The notes: generated by a model not told the origin, from the letters alone. DNA of 64,000 bases from an uncultured Chloroflexia bacterium (GCA_963806175.1 CAWDXA010000011.1:602065-666064), one strand, 5' to 3'; numbered from the stretch's first letter, positions 8,269 through 18,353 are shown. Translations and numbers: made by a program.

Positions 8269-9510
8269 ATGACCCAGCCTGCTTCCGGCCCCAACGGCCA
8301 CGTCTACGTCGTCAGCGCCGCGCGCACGCCGATCGGCAAGTTCGGCGGATCGCTGGCCGGGGTGCCGGCGGTCGAGCTCGGGGGTGTCGCCATCCGCGCG
8401 GCGGTCGAGCGTGCCGGACTGCCCGACCGGACACCGATCGACGAGGTGCTGATGGGCCAGGTCCTCCAGGCCGGCGCGGGACAGGCGCCCGCCCGCCAGG
8501 CCGCCCTGCGCGGCGGTCTCCCGGACACGACCAGCGCCACGACCATCAACCGCGTCTGCGGATCGGGCCTCAAGGCCATCATGCTGGCGGCGGCCGAGAT
8601 CCGTGCGGGCGATGCCGAGGTGGCCGTCGCCGGTGGAATGGAGTCCATGAACGGCGCGCCGTACCTCCTGCCGGGTGCGCGGTTCGGGTACCGGCTCGGC
8701 AACGCGGAGGTCGTGGACGCGACGGTCAACGACGGGCTGTGGTGCGCGATCGAAGGCTGCCACATGGGCACCCATGCGGAACGAGTGGCGATCAGGGACC
8801 AGGTCGGCCGCGCGGACCAGGACGCCTTCGCGCTGGCGAGCCACCGGAAGGCCGTTGCCGCGATCGACGCCGGCCGTTTCGACGCGGAACTGGCGCCGGT
8901 GACGGTGCGGGACGCGAAGGGCCGCGAGACCGTGGTGACGGCGGACGAAGGCCCGCGCAGGGACACGAGCCTCGAGGCACTGTCGCGGCTCCGGCCGGTG
9001 TTCGATCTGCCCGACGCTGACGACCGGGGCGACGCGACCGACGGCACGGTCACCGCGGGCAACGCGCCCGGCATCACCGACGGGGCCGCCGCGACGGTCG
9101 TGGCCTCCGAACGTGCGGTCGAGCGGCTGGGCCTGACGCCGCTGGCGCGGATCGTCGGCTATGCCCAGGCCGAGGTCGCCCCGAAGTGGCTGTTCCTCGC
9201 GCCCGTCCAGGGCGTCCGGCGCCTGCTCGACCGGATCGAGCTGCCAATCGAGGCGTTCGACCTGATCGAGATCAACGAGGCATTCGCCGCGCAGGCGCTC
9301 GCCGACGGGCGTGAGCTCGGCTTCGACTGGGACCGGGTCAACGTCAACGGCGGGGCCATCGCGCTGGGGCACCCGATCGGCGCCTCGGGGGCCCGGATCG
9401 TGGCCACCCTGCTCCACGAGCTCCGCCGGCGCGAGGGGCGCTATGGGCTGGCGACGCTGTGCCTGGGTGGGGGCGGGTCCGTGGCGGCAGCCTTCGAACG
9501 CGTTCCATGA
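8269..9510 (+). CDS. Acetyl-CoA C-acetyltransferase (thiolase II)
   Basis: ORF 8269..9510 has NRVCGSGLKAI (active Cys), NVNGGAIALGHPIGASGARI and CLGGGG. TAGATT sits 6 nt before the ATG, which suggests a leaderless start. Confidence 0.95.
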   Translation: MTQPASGPNGHVYVVSAARTPIGKFGGSLAGVPAVELGGVAIRAAVERAGLPDRTPIDEVLMGQVLQAGAGQAPARQAALRGGLPDTTSATTINRVCGSGLKAIMLAAAEIRAGDAEVAVAGGMESMNGAPYLLPGARFGYRLGNAEVVDATVNDGLWCAIEGCHMGTHAERVAIRDQVGRADQDAFALASHRKAVAAIDAGRFDAELAPVTVRDAKGRETVVTADEGPRRDTSLEALSRLRPVFDLPDADDRGDATDGTVTAGNAPGITDGAAATVVASERAVERLGLTPLARIVGYAQAEVAPKWLFLAPVQGVRRLLDRIELPIEAFDLIEINEAFAAQALADGRELGFDWDRVNVNGGAIALGHPIGASGARIVATLLHELRRREGRYGLATLCLGGGGSVAAAFERVP

Positions 9511-9609
9511 GGTCGAGGAGACGACGATGAACGACGACGGCATGGTCACGTTCGAGGTGCGCGAGGAGGTTCGCGCGTTGCCGGGCAGGCTCGGTGCGGC
9601 GGGCGGACG

Positions 9610-11142
9610 ATGACCCAGGCAGCCGCCGCGGTCGACCCCGCGCTGGCCGGCGACATCCCGCCGTTCCGCCACTTCATCGCCGGGGACTGGTGCGAATCGA
9701 CCTCCGGGGCGACGTTCGAGAGTCGCAATCCGGCCGACGATGGCGACCTGGTCGGGCGGTTCCAGCAGGGGACGGCGGCCGACGTCGCGATGGCCGTCCG
9801 GGCCGCCGAGACCGCCCGGCCGATGTGGCAGCGGACGCCGGCGCCGAAGCGCGGCGAGATCCTGTACGCCTTCGGCGCGCTCATGACCCAGCACAAGGAG
9901 CGACTGGCGCGGGCGATGACCCGAGAGATGGGCAAGGTCCTGGCCGAGGCCCGCGGCGACGTCCAGGAAGGGATCGACATCGCGTTCCTGATGGCCGGCG
10001 AGGGCCGCCGGATGGCCGGCGAGACGGTGCCGTCCGAGCTGCCCGACAAGTGGGCGATGAGCATCCGCCAGCCACTCGGGGTGGCCGGGATCATCACCCC
10101 CTGGAACTTTCCGATGGCGATTCCCTGCTGGAAGCTGATGCCGGCGCTCGTGACCGGCAACACCGTCGTCTTCAAGCCGTCGTCGGACACACCGCACTGC
10201 GCCACGCTGCTGGTGGAGCTGCTGGCCGAGGCGGGCTTCCCGCCGGGTGTCGTCAACCTGGTGACCGGCAGCGGGGCCGAGGTCGGCAACGCGATCGTCG
10301 ACAACCCGGACGTCGCGGTCGTGTCGTTCACCGGGAGCTCGGCCACCGGAACCGGGATCGCGGAGCGGGCGGGACGCCGGCTGAAGCGCCTGTCGCTCGA
10401 GCTCGGGGGCAAGAACGGCGTGGTGGTCCTCGCCGACGCGGACCTCGACCTGGCCACGGACGGGATCCTCTGGTCGGCGTTCGGGACGACCGGCCAGCGC
10501 TGCACGGCCTGCTCGCGAGTGATCGTCGAGCAGGCCGTCCTCGATCCGCTCCTCCAGCGGCTCGAGGCGCGCACGCGCGAGCTCCGGCTCGGATCCGGGC
10601 TCGACCCCGATGTCGACGTCGGCCCGCTCATCAACGCGGCGGCGCTCGACAAGGTGTCGGACTACGTCCGCATCGGACGCACGGAGGGTGAGCTCGTCGT
10701 CGGTGGCGCGCGCGCCCTCGACCACCACCTGGCCACCGGCCACTTCTTCCAGCCGACGATCTTCTCGGGCGTCAGGCCGATGGATCGGATCGGCCAGGAG
10801 GAGATCTTCGGGCCGGTCCTGTCGGTCATCCCGGTGGCCGACTACGGATCGGCCGTGCTGGCGCTGAACCAGACCCGCTACGGCCTCTCATCGAGCATCT
10901 TCACGCGCGACGTGAACCAGGCGTTCCGGGCGATGCGCGACTTCGAGACCGGGATCGTGTACGTCAACGCCGGGACGACCGGCGCCGAGACGCACCTGCC
11001 GTTCGGCGGCTGGAAGGGGACGGGCAACGGCCATCGCGAGGCCGGCCACGTGGCGCTGGACACCTACACCGAGTGGAAGTCGATCTACGTCGACTTCAGC
11101 GGCCGGCTCCAGCGCGCCCAGATCGACAACCAGCCGGGCTGA
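9610..11142 (+). CDS. NAD(P)-dependent aldehyde dehydrogenase family protein
   Basis: ORF 9610..11142 has PWNFP, FTGSSATG, LELGGKN and GQRCTACSR (catalytic Cys). It is intact. Confidence 0.9.
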   Translation: MTQAAAAVDPALAGDIPPFRHFIAGDWCESTSGATFESRNPADDGDLVGRFQQGTAADVAMAVRAAETARPMWQRTPAPKRGEILYAFGALMTQHKERLARAMTREMGKVLAEARGDVQEGIDIAFLMAGEGRRMAGETVPSELPDKWAMSIRQPLGVAGIITPWNFPMAIPCWKLMPALVTGNTVVFKPSSDTPHCATLLVELLAEAGFPPGVVNLVTGSGAEVGNAIVDNPDVAVVSFTGSSATGTGIAERAGRRLKRLSLELGGKNGVVVLADADLDLATDGILWSAFGTTGQRCTACSRVIVEQAVLDPLLQRLEARTRELRLGSGLDPDVDVGPLINAAALDKVSDYVRIGRTEGELVVGGARALDHHLATGHFFQPTIFSGVRPMDRIGQEEIFGPVLSVIPVADYGSAVLALNQTRYGLSSSIFTRDVNQAFRAMRDFETGIVYVNAGTTGAETHLPFGGWKGTGNGHREAGHVALDTYTEWKSIYVDFSGRLQRAQIDNQPG

Positions 11143-11188
11143 CGCGCGACGCCTGGCGGATGACCGGCCGGAAGCGGTCGGCCGTGCC

Positions 11189-11671
11189 CTAGACGTCGAG
11201 CCGGGCTGCCAGGCGATCGATGAACGGCGCCTGGGCGGCCTTGATCCGCCGACGGGCCTCGTCGGTGTCGAACCATGCCACCCGGTCGATCTCCGGGAAC
11301 GCTGCGTGACGGCCGGAACGCGGGGGCCACTCGATGGTGAAGGTGTTGCTGACCGCGAGCGCCGGGTCCAGGTTGCCCTCGACCGCCCAGGCGACCACGA
11401 TCTTGCCGGATTTCTGGGTGATCTCGCCGAGCGGGAGGTCCTCATTGATCTCGAGGCGGGCGCCGGTCTCCTCCGCGAACTCGCGGCGGGCCACCTCGAT
11501 CCACGCCTCGCCGGGCTCGACCTCGCCCTTCGGGATCGTCCAATGGCCGAGATCCCTGGCCGCCCAGAACGGACCGCCGGGGTGACCGAGCAGGACCTCG
11601 AGTCGACCCCCTGGGCGCCGGAAGAGCAGGACACCGGCACTGACCACGCCGGCCTTCGAGGTATGAGCCAT
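11189..11671 (-). CDS. Nudix hydrolase
   Basis: ATG 11671 gives MAHTSKAGVVSAGVLLF... with the Nudix box GHWTIPKGEVEPGEAWIEVARREFAEETG. It is the C-terminal part of ORF 11189..13621. Confidence 0.85.
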   Translation of the reverse strand: MAHTSKAGVVSAGVLLFRRPGGRLEVLLGHPGGPFWAARDLGHWTIPKGEVEPGEAWIEVARREFAEETGARLEINEDLPLGEITQKSGKIVVAWAVEGNLDPALAVSNTFTIEWPPRSGRHAAFPEIDRVAWFDTDEARRRIKAAQAPFIDRLAARLDV

Positions 11672-11833
11672 GGTCGCGAGAGTACCGCCTGGCAGCCGCG
11701 GCCGCGGCCGCGGCCGGGGCCAGGCGGACGCGACGTCCCGCTCGGCGGGCATGGGGTAACGAACTGACTCGCTTTCGGTGAAGGTTCGTTCAGAGTGCCC
11801 CCGGGACACTGAATCGTTGACTACGGTGCCGGC

Positions 11834-12964
11834 ATGCACCTGTCGACTGCCGCCAACTCGCTCCGGATCCCGTTCGCCGCGACGGCCGGGCTGATCGTCG
11901 TCCTCGTGAGTGCCTGCGGACCATCGACCAGTCCGCCGCCCCCCACGCCGACTACGGCAGCGATCGCCCCGTCCGGGCGGCCCGACCGACCGCACATCGC
12001 GCCGGCGGTGCAGGACGTCCCGACCCCGCTGGGCCCACCGCCGCTCACCGCTCCGACCCAGACGTCCACGGGCCGCTTTCCCGGCGGGCTGCTCATCGCG
12101 GACCGTGGCAACGGCCGGCTCCTGGTCGTTTCGTCCACCGGCTCCACCCTGTGGCGATTCCCCACCAGCGGCAGCCTGCCGCGCGGCCAGGGGTTCGCCG
12201 CGGACGACGCCTTCCTGGCTCCGGACGGCAAGTCGATCGTCGCCAATGACGAGGGACATCACGTCATCGACCGGATCGACATCGCGACCAGGAGGATCGT
12301 CTGGCAGTACGGGCACTACGGCAGGCCCGGACGGGCAGCCGGCTACCTCAACACGCCCGACGACGCCTATCCGCTGGCCAACGGTGACGTCGTGGTGGCG
12401 GACATCCGCAACTGCCGCGTGATCGAGATCGCGCCGAGCAAGCAGATCGTGCGGCAGTGGGGGACGACGGGCAGGTGCGTCGCCTCGGCGCCGACCGCCT
12501 ATGCGTCGCCGAACGGCGACACGCCATTGCCCGACGGCGGCCTCCTCATCACCGAGATCCATGGCGCACGCGTCGTGCGGCTGTCCGCGACCGGCAAGGT
12601 GATCTTCGACATCCACGTGCCGGTGGCCTACCCGTCGGACGCGCATCTCGATGCCCAGGGCAACGTGGTCGTCGCCGACTACAGCACGATCGGCGCCGTC
12701 GTCGCGGTCACCCCGCACGGTCACCTCCTGTGGCGCTACGCCCCACGGTCCGGCAACGGCCGGCTGAACCACCCGAGCCTCGCCGTGCCGATGCCGGACG
12801 GCACCATCGTGATCAACGACGACTTCCGGGCTCGCGTCGTCGTCCTCGATCCGAAGACGATGCGGATCGTGTGGCAATACGGGCGGACCGGCGTCGCCGG
12901 CAGCGGGCCGAACCGGCTCTCCGACCCGGACGGCGTCGACCCGTTGCCGGCTTCCGGCCTGTAG
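11834..12964 (+). CDS. Lipoprotein, beta-propeller (PQQ/NHL-like repeats)
   Basis: It has a signal peptide with lipobox VSAC, a Pro/Thr linker, and repeated blades (LLIADRGNGRLLVV, IVANDEGHHVIDRID, VVVADIRNCRVIEI, LLITEIHGARVVRL, VVVADYS, IVINDDFRARVVVLD). Confidence 0.75.
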   Translation: MHLSTAANSLRIPFAATAGLIVVLVSACGPSTSPPPPTPTTAAIAPSGRPDRPHIAPAVQDVPTPLGPPPLTAPTQTSTGRFPGGLLIADRGNGRLLVVSSTGSTLWRFPTSGSLPRGQGFAADDAFLAPDGKSIVANDEGHHVIDRIDIATRRIVWQYGHYGRPGRAAGYLNTPDDAYPLANGDVVVADIRNCRVIEIAPSKQIVRQWGTTGRCVASAPTAYASPNGDTPLPDGGLLITEIHGARVVRLSATGKVIFDIHVPVAYPSDAHLDAQGNVVVADYSTIGAVVAVTPHGHLLWRYAPRSGNGRLNHPSLAVPMPDGTIVINDDFRARVVVLDPKTMRIVWQYGRTGVAGSGPNRLSDPDGVDPLPASGL

Positions 12965-12979
12965 CTCCCGGACACCCTG

Positions 12980-14018
12980 ATGCCGGCTCGCCATCTCCGC
13001 TGGCTGTTGGCCGGTGCGCTGCTCGTCGCCGGCTGCGGCGCAGCGCGCACGCCTGCGACGGCCGGGCCACCGGCCGCCCCGCAGGCAGCCGCCACATCCT
13101 TGGCCGCGTCGTCGTCCCGGGCAACCACGACCCGTCCGTCCGCCGCCACGCCGGCCATCCCGATCGCAGCGCCGACGAGGCTCACGATCGGGCTCAGCTC
13201 GCTCCGCCTGCCGACGCCGACCACCCGCGCCGTTGCGTTTCCAGCCGGATCCGGATTCCTGGTCGCCGGCGGCCTGACGCCGACGGGGACGACCGGGCGC
13301 GTGGTGCGCGTCCCCCTCGACGGGCAGCCGGCGTCGACGGTCGGCCGCCTCGTGCATCCGGTCCATGACGCGGCGGGAGCCGAGCTCGCATGGGTCGATG
13401 CTCGTGCTCGGTGGCGGGGCCGGCACCCAGGACGCCTGGGTGCAGCGCGTCGTGATCGACGGACGGAGTGCGGTTCCAGGTCGACTCCCGGCGGCTCGCG
13501 CGGACCTGGCCGCGGTGGTCGCCGGTTCGCAGATCATCGTGGCCGGCGGCGGGGCCTCCGGGCGAGCCGATCCCCGCGTGCTCGCCACGACTGACGGAAC
13601 CCGGTTCCACCTGGTGGCCAACCTCCCGGTCCCCGTCCGCTACGCGGCCATGGCCGTCGTCGGCTCGACGGTCCTGCTGATCGGCGGGACGTCGGCCGGC
13701 GGGGACGTGGCGGTCATCCAGGCCGTCGACCTGGCCCGTCACACGGCCACAGTCGTTGGGCGGCTGCCGGAGACGACGTCCCACGCGACCGCGCTGGTCG
13801 TGGGTGGCGTCGTGGTCGTGGCCGGCGGCCGGCATCGAGGCCGGGCGCTCGACAGCGTCCTGGAGGTCGACCCCCGGTCGTTCGCCGTCCGGCCGGCGGG
13901 CCGTTTGCCGACGGCGGCGTCCGACGCCGCCGGCGTCGTCGTCGACGGGGTCGGCTACCTCGTCGGTGGGGAAACGGCCGGGCCGCTGGCGACGATCGTG
14001 AGGATCACCGCCGGGTGA
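12980..14018 (+). pseudogene. Kelch-repeat lipoprotein, one frame shift
   Basis: It has lipobox LVAGC and Kelch-like blades (FLVAGG, MLVLGGG, IIVAGGG, VLLIGG, VVVVAGG, GYLVGG). The N-terminal part is ORF 12980 and the C-terminal part is ORF 13365..14018. The break is near 13375. Confidence 0.7.
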
Positions 14019-14052
14019 GGGACATCGGTCGAACTGGCTCGAAGGAGGCCAC

Positions 14053-14289
14053 ATGGGCGCGTTGTCGCCGACACACCTGATCATCGTCCTCGTCGTGGCG
14101 ATGCTGATCCTGGGTCCGGGCAGGCTTCCGGAGACCGGGGAGGCACTCGGCAAGGCGGTCCGCGAGCTCCGTCGGGCGATGGCCGACGAATCGACGGCGA
14201 CCCTGCCCCCGCCCGCCCGGCCGCCGGCGACGTCGTCCGTGGCGGACTCCACCACCGCGTCGACCGAGGGCCCGGTCCAGGGGTCATAG
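14053..14289 (+). CDS. tatA: Twin-arginine translocase subunit TatA/E
   Basis: The 78-aa product MGALSPTHLIIVLVVAMLILGPGRLPETGEALGKAVRELRRA has a TM helix followed by an amphipathic helix. Confidence 0.9.
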   Translation: MGALSPTHLIIVLVVAMLILGPGRLPETGEALGKAVRELRRAMADESTATLPPPARPPATSSVADSTTASTEGPVQGS

Positions 14290-14348
14290 CTCCAACCGGC
14301 AGGTTCCCACCGTCACCCCCGGTGTTGGGGCAGGGAGGCAAGACAGGC

Positions 14349-15947
14349 ATGCACCGGCGCGCGTTCCTCATCGCCTCCGGGCGGGTCGGGCTCGCAGCGA
14401 CTGCGGGCGCCCTCGGCCTGGCGCTGTCGCGCGCCCTGTCGCCGCTGGCAGCCGGCGGGTCGAGGCCGGCGCCCGCCGCCGGGAGCCGGCCGTCGGCGAT
14501 CCCGGGACTGGTCAGCCTCAAGTCCGCCGTCGCCGGCAGCGCGGCCGGGGGGACCACCGCTCACACCAACCTGGTCAGGCTGGAGAATGCGATGCGCGGC
14601 ACGGATCGCTGGCTGATCGGCGGCCAGCCGGCGACGATCCAGGGCTATGTCGACCGCGCCTCGGTGGCGCCTGGCGACCGGCTCGCGCTCCGCGTCGACG
14701 CCCAGGCGCCGTTCGACGTCGAGTGGTATCGACTCGGCTGGTACGGCGGCCTGGGCGGACGCCTGGTCCGTGTCGATCCGGCGCTGCCGGCCGTGCCCGG
14801 CAACGGAGCCCAGGTGGACACGTCCACGGGCCGCGCCGAGGCACCGTGGCAGGCGTCCCTCGAGCTCCAGGTTCCGCCGGACTGGTCGACGGGCATGTAC
14901 ACGGCGGTCCTGCGTCCGCGTGCCGGCAATCCGGGGTACGTCCCGTTCATCGTGAAGCGCCCGAAGGCCGACCCGGCTCCGGTCCTGTTCGTCAGTGCCG
15001 CCCTGACCTGGCAGGCGTACAACACCTGGGGCGGTGCGAACCTGTACGACGCGAGCATGTCCGACTCCCCCGAGATCTCGAGCGGTCGCCGGGCGGTCCA
15101 GGTGAGCTTCGATCGGCCATACGCGCTGCACCAGGGCGCCGGCTACCAGCCACGCTGGGAGCTCCAGTTCGTCCGCTGGCAGGAACGCGAAGGCGTCGAT
15201 GCCGACTACGCCGCGGATCTCGACCTCGAGCTGGATCCGGGGATCCTGTCAGGCCGCCGACTGGTGGTCTTCGCCGGTCACCACGAGTACTGGTCCCGGC
15301 CCATGCGGACCGCGCTGGAGACGGCCGTGGCGTCGGGGGTCAACGTCGCGTTCCTGTCGGCCAACGAGATCTACTGGCAGGTGCGGCTCGAGGATTCGCC
15401 GCTCGGCCGTGCGCGCCGCGTGACCTGCTACAAGTCCGCGCACCTCGATCCGATCGCGTCCACCCAGCCCGAGCTGACCACCTGCCGCTGGCGCGAGCGG
15501 CCGGTGAACGACCCGGAAGCCCCGCTGGTGGGGCAGATGTACGGGCACATCGTCCGGAGACCCGGAGACTGGGTGGCATCGCAGACGGACCACTGGCTCT
15601 ATGCGGGGACCGGGCTCCGGGAGGGCGATCACCTCGTCAACCTCGTTGGCCAGGAATATGACAGCTACTTTGCGGACCTCGGCAACCAGGGGACGGTCAT
15701 CCTCGCCCGGAGCCCGATCGACGCGGTGATCCAGGCCGATCAGCGGTCCGGGCGGTACGCGAGCCCGGCGCTCCACAACGCGACCATGTATACGGCGAAC
15801 TCCGGTGCGACCGTGTTCGCGGCCGGCACGTTCCAGTGGTCCTGGGCGGTCGACGAGTTCGGCGACCGATCGTATCGGGGCGCCGCGACCCCCTTCGACC
15901 CTCGAGTCGTGCGGATGACCCAGAACCTGTTCGACCGCCTGGGCTGA
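14349..15947 (+). CDS. Tat-signal secreted protein of unknown function (resembles N,N-dimethylformamidase beta-subunit-like / DUF6605 proteins; family recalled from memory)
   Basis: ATG 14349 gives MHRRAFLIASGRVGLAATAG (twin-Arg motif). The 532-aa ORF is intact and contains LTWQAYNTWGGANLY. Confidence 0.7.
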   Translation: MHRRAFLIASGRVGLAATAGALGLALSRALSPLAAGGSRPAPAAGSRPSAIPGLVSLKSAVAGSAAGGTTAHTNLVRLENAMRGTDRWLIGGQPATIQGYVDRASVAPGDRLALRVDAQAPFDVEWYRLGWYGGLGGRLVRVDPALPAVPGNGAQVDTSTGRAEAPWQASLELQVPPDWSTGMYTAVLRPRAGNPGYVPFIVKRPKADPAPVLFVSAALTWQAYNTWGGANLYDASMSDSPEISSGRRAVQVSFDRPYALHQGAGYQPRWELQFVRWQEREGVDADYAADLDLELDPGILSGRRLVVFAGHHEYWSRPMRTALETAVASGVNVAFLSANEIYWQVRLEDSPLGRARRVTCYKSAHLDPIASTQPELTTCRWRERPVNDPEAPLVGQMYGHIVRRPGDWVASQTDHWLYAGTGLREGDHLVNLVGQEYDSYFADLGNQGTVILARSPIDAVIQADQRSGRYASPALHNATMYTANSGATVFAAGTFQWSWAVDEFGDRSYRGAATPFDPRVVRMTQNLFDRLG

Positions 15948-16077
15948 GCCGCCCCTGCGCGCTGTCGCGCGTCGCGGCGAGGCGGTCCTCGCGGCGCCGC
16001 CGGCTGCCGCCGCGACGGCCGGATCGGGTTCCTGCCCGCCGGTATCCGGCCGGCTGCGGTATCATCCCCGGGCTCGT

Positions 16078-16152
<75 letters not shown>

Positions 16153-16273
16153 CGATGTCGCGCTCGAACGTACGTCCTTCCGGCGATTGGGACGGGCGCT
16201 CTGCCAGTGCTGACACGCAGGCCGACGGCCTGCTCGGGCTTCGGTCTCGCCGGTAGCCGACGACCACCACGAC

Positions 16274-16301
16274 GGAGCGCCGGCGTCTGCGCCGGCGCTC
16301 C
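16274..16301. terminator. Perfect 12-bp GC hairpin between the tRNA-Lys and the convergent surface-protein gene
   Basis: GGAGCGCCGGCG-TCTG-CGCCGGCGCTCC lies 27 nt past the stop of the minus-strand gene. There is no U tract, as in I-shaped terminators of high-GC genomes. Confidence 0.55.
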
Positions 16302-16327
16302 TCGGGTTGATGTCGTGCCGTCGGCCG

Positions 16328-18187
16328 TCAGGAGACCGAGTAGTACTCGTAGCCCGTCGGGAAGCTGTTGGCATTGACACTCGTCGGCTGGAGGTTCACG
16401 CGAAGTCGCCAGGTGCCCTTCGCATTGAACGTGACGCTGAAGGTGGCGGTGCCGCTCGACTTGCTGATCGAGACCACGCTGCTGACGACGGTCACCCAGG
16501 TCGAGCCGGACTTGCGTTCGACGAGGTATTGCGCCGACTGCGTGGGCAGCTCTGCCCGGTTGGGCCGGGCCGTCACCGTGAACAGGACCTTGGCCTTCTG
16601 GTGGACGCGGCACGGCGAGGACGACGTGCAACTGGTTGGGCGCAGGAACACCAGGGCACGGACCACGACGCGGATCGTGGGGCTGGTGGCGGGGCCGAGG
16701 TCGCCGGCGCCGGCGAACGTGACGCGGTAGTACCGGTTGTCAGAGGGGCGGTAGAACACGCTGGCATTGCCGGACGCGTCCGTCGTCGCGGGCTGGATCG
16801 TCGACCAGGTCACCAGGTCCTTGGAGAACTCGAAGGTGACGGCGCGATTCGCGCCGTTCGTCGGGAGATTGGCACGGAGCCAGACGCCCTCGGTGAGGTT
16901 CTGCGGCAGCTTGATGTTCGTCTGCGCCGGCGTCTTCGAAGCGTCCGAAGGGCACTGGTTCGAACCGCCGGTCGAGACGGGTGTGGGCGTGCCGCAGAAG
17001 GTGGTCAGCGAGATGGATGTCGTCGGAATGGGCGCCGCGACGGCGAAGTTGACGCCGGTCGCGTTGGCGAACCCGACGGTCGCGGTGAGCTGGTAGCCGG
17101 CGTCCTCGGTGGTCTGGGCGCAGCCCGTCCAGGCCGCCTCACCATTGACGGTCGTGCTGGTCAGCCCGCCCGTGCATGTGAACGAGGCCGCGTTCTTGTT
17201 GATGGCGAGGGTGATGGCGGTCGCCGGGAAGGTGGTGACCGTGTTGCCGCCCGCATCAGTGATGGCGACACGAGGCTGTGGCGTCAGGACGGACGGGGTC
17301 GTGCTGCCCGGATAGCTCCTGAACACGATCTTGGTGGCCGGACCCACGTTCACGTTGAACGTGCCGCTGTCGCTGGAGACGCTGCCGTTCGTCGCCCGGA
17401 CCTTGTACGAGCCGGCGAGATCGATCCTGCATCCCGCACCGCTGAAGTCGGCGACGCCACCCCCGTCGGTGTCGAGCGGATTGGTGGTGCACGTCAGGAT
17501 CGCGCCGGACGCGCCGGTGCCCGGCGTGATCGACAGGGTGATCGGAGCGTTGGCGGCGGTAGTGCCGAACTGGTCGCGCGCCAGGATCCTCGGCTGGGTG
17601 ACGAACGCGACGCCGCCGGAGTTCGACGCACTGGGCTGGGTGAGGTAGATGAGCTCCGTGATCGCACCTGCGACCTTCGTGAGGGTTCCGTAATTCGTCA
17701 CGCCGCCCGGCGCCGTGCTGGTGCCGGTCTTGGTGATGTTCCCGCTGGCGAAGCCCGGGCCGGCGGTGGGCTGCACCTGGAGCCCGACGAAGGTCGCGAT
17801 ACAGCCGCTGGCGGTCGAGGCGTGGGTCACCGTGAAGGTCGCCTGCGAGGCTGTGACCGTGAGCGTGCCGCTGAGATCGCAGGCGCCGCCGCCGATGCTC
17901 ACGTTGCCGCTGCCCGGGTTGAACCGGAAGCCCGTCGGGATGTTCAGGATCGTCGTTGAGCCAAGCACGAGCTCGCCTGCCGCTGCCTCGGCGATCGCAG
18001 GCCCGGTCAGCGTGGTGAAGTCGCTGGTTGCGAATTCGTCGGCGGAAATCGCGCCGCCACCGCTCGCCGGGTTGACGACCGTGGCGAGCACGTTCGACAC
18101 GGGGATCAGGGACCCGAAGAGTGCGAGCAGCAACACCGCCGGGGCGATCCGACTTCGGCGACCGAGAGAGGGCAGGGCCATCGTCAT
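16328..18187 (-). CDS. Large secreted surface protein with tandem Ig-like (Big-type) domains
   Basis: It lies in ORF 16328..18295. The probable start is MTMALPSLGRRSRIAPAVLLLALFGSL (18187 or 18181, with GGAGG just upstream). It is Thr/Ser/Gly/Asn-rich with repeated modules (QPRILARDQFG..., QPRVAITDAGGN...). The C-terminus has no LPXTG. Confidence 0.8.
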   Translation of the reverse strand: MTMALPSLGRRSRIAPAVLLLALFGSLIPVSNVLATVVNPASGGGAISADEFATSDFTTLTGPAIAEAAAGELVLGSTTILNIPTGFRFNPGSGNVSIGGGACDLSGTLTVTASQATFTVTHASTASGCIATFVGLQVQPTAGPGFASGNITKTGTSTAPGGVTNYGTLTKVAGAITELIYLTQPSASNSGGVAFVTQPRILARDQFGTTAANAPITLSITPGTGASGAILTCTTNPLDTDGGGVADFSGAGCRIDLAGSYKVRATNGSVSSDSGTFNVNVGPATKIVFRSYPGSTTPSVLTPQPRVAITDAGGNTVTTFPATAITLAINKNAASFTCTGGLTSTTVNGEAAWTGCAQTTEDAGYQLTATVGFANATGVNFAVAAPIPTTSISLTTFCGTPTPVSTGGSNQCPSDASKTPAQTNIKLPQNLTEGVWLRANLPTNGANRAVTFEFSKDLVTWSTIQPATTDASGNASVFYRPSDNRYYRVTFAGAGDLGPATSPTIRVVVRALVFLRPTSCTSSSPCRVHQKAKVLFTVTARPNRAELPTQSAQYLVERKSGSTWVTVVSSVVSISKSSGTATFSVTFNAKGTWRLRVNLQPTSVNANSFPTGYEYYSVS

Positions 18188-18353
18188 CCTCCAGGGACTG
18201 GGCACCGCGCGGCCGTCTGAGGATGGCTCCAGTCGTCGGAGCCCGACCGGCGGAGGGGACGTCCCCGAGTCTAGCGCGGCCGACCGTGAACGCAACCCTG
18301 TACGAGTTGCTGGCTCACCATGACGCCCGCCTCGCCCAGGGGGCGCTGCCGGG

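Noticed and set aside
8227-10743. An 838-aa minus-strand ORF, and many similar long ORFs (for example 11672-13621 minus, 16307-17959 plus, 28802-30163 minus, 42903-44891 minus, 4360-6174 plus, 25004-27187 minus upstream part).
   Set aside because: They are antisense to, or out of frame with, genes that have clear family signatures. They are extremely Arg/Pro/Gly/Ala-rich with no recognisable motifs. This is typical of spurious open frames in >70% GC DNA.
11690-11725. A short (GCGGCC)n microsatellite between the Nudix and lipoprotein genes.
   Set aside because: It has only about 3-4 units in very GC-rich intergenic DNA, and nothing distinguishes it from low-complexity background.
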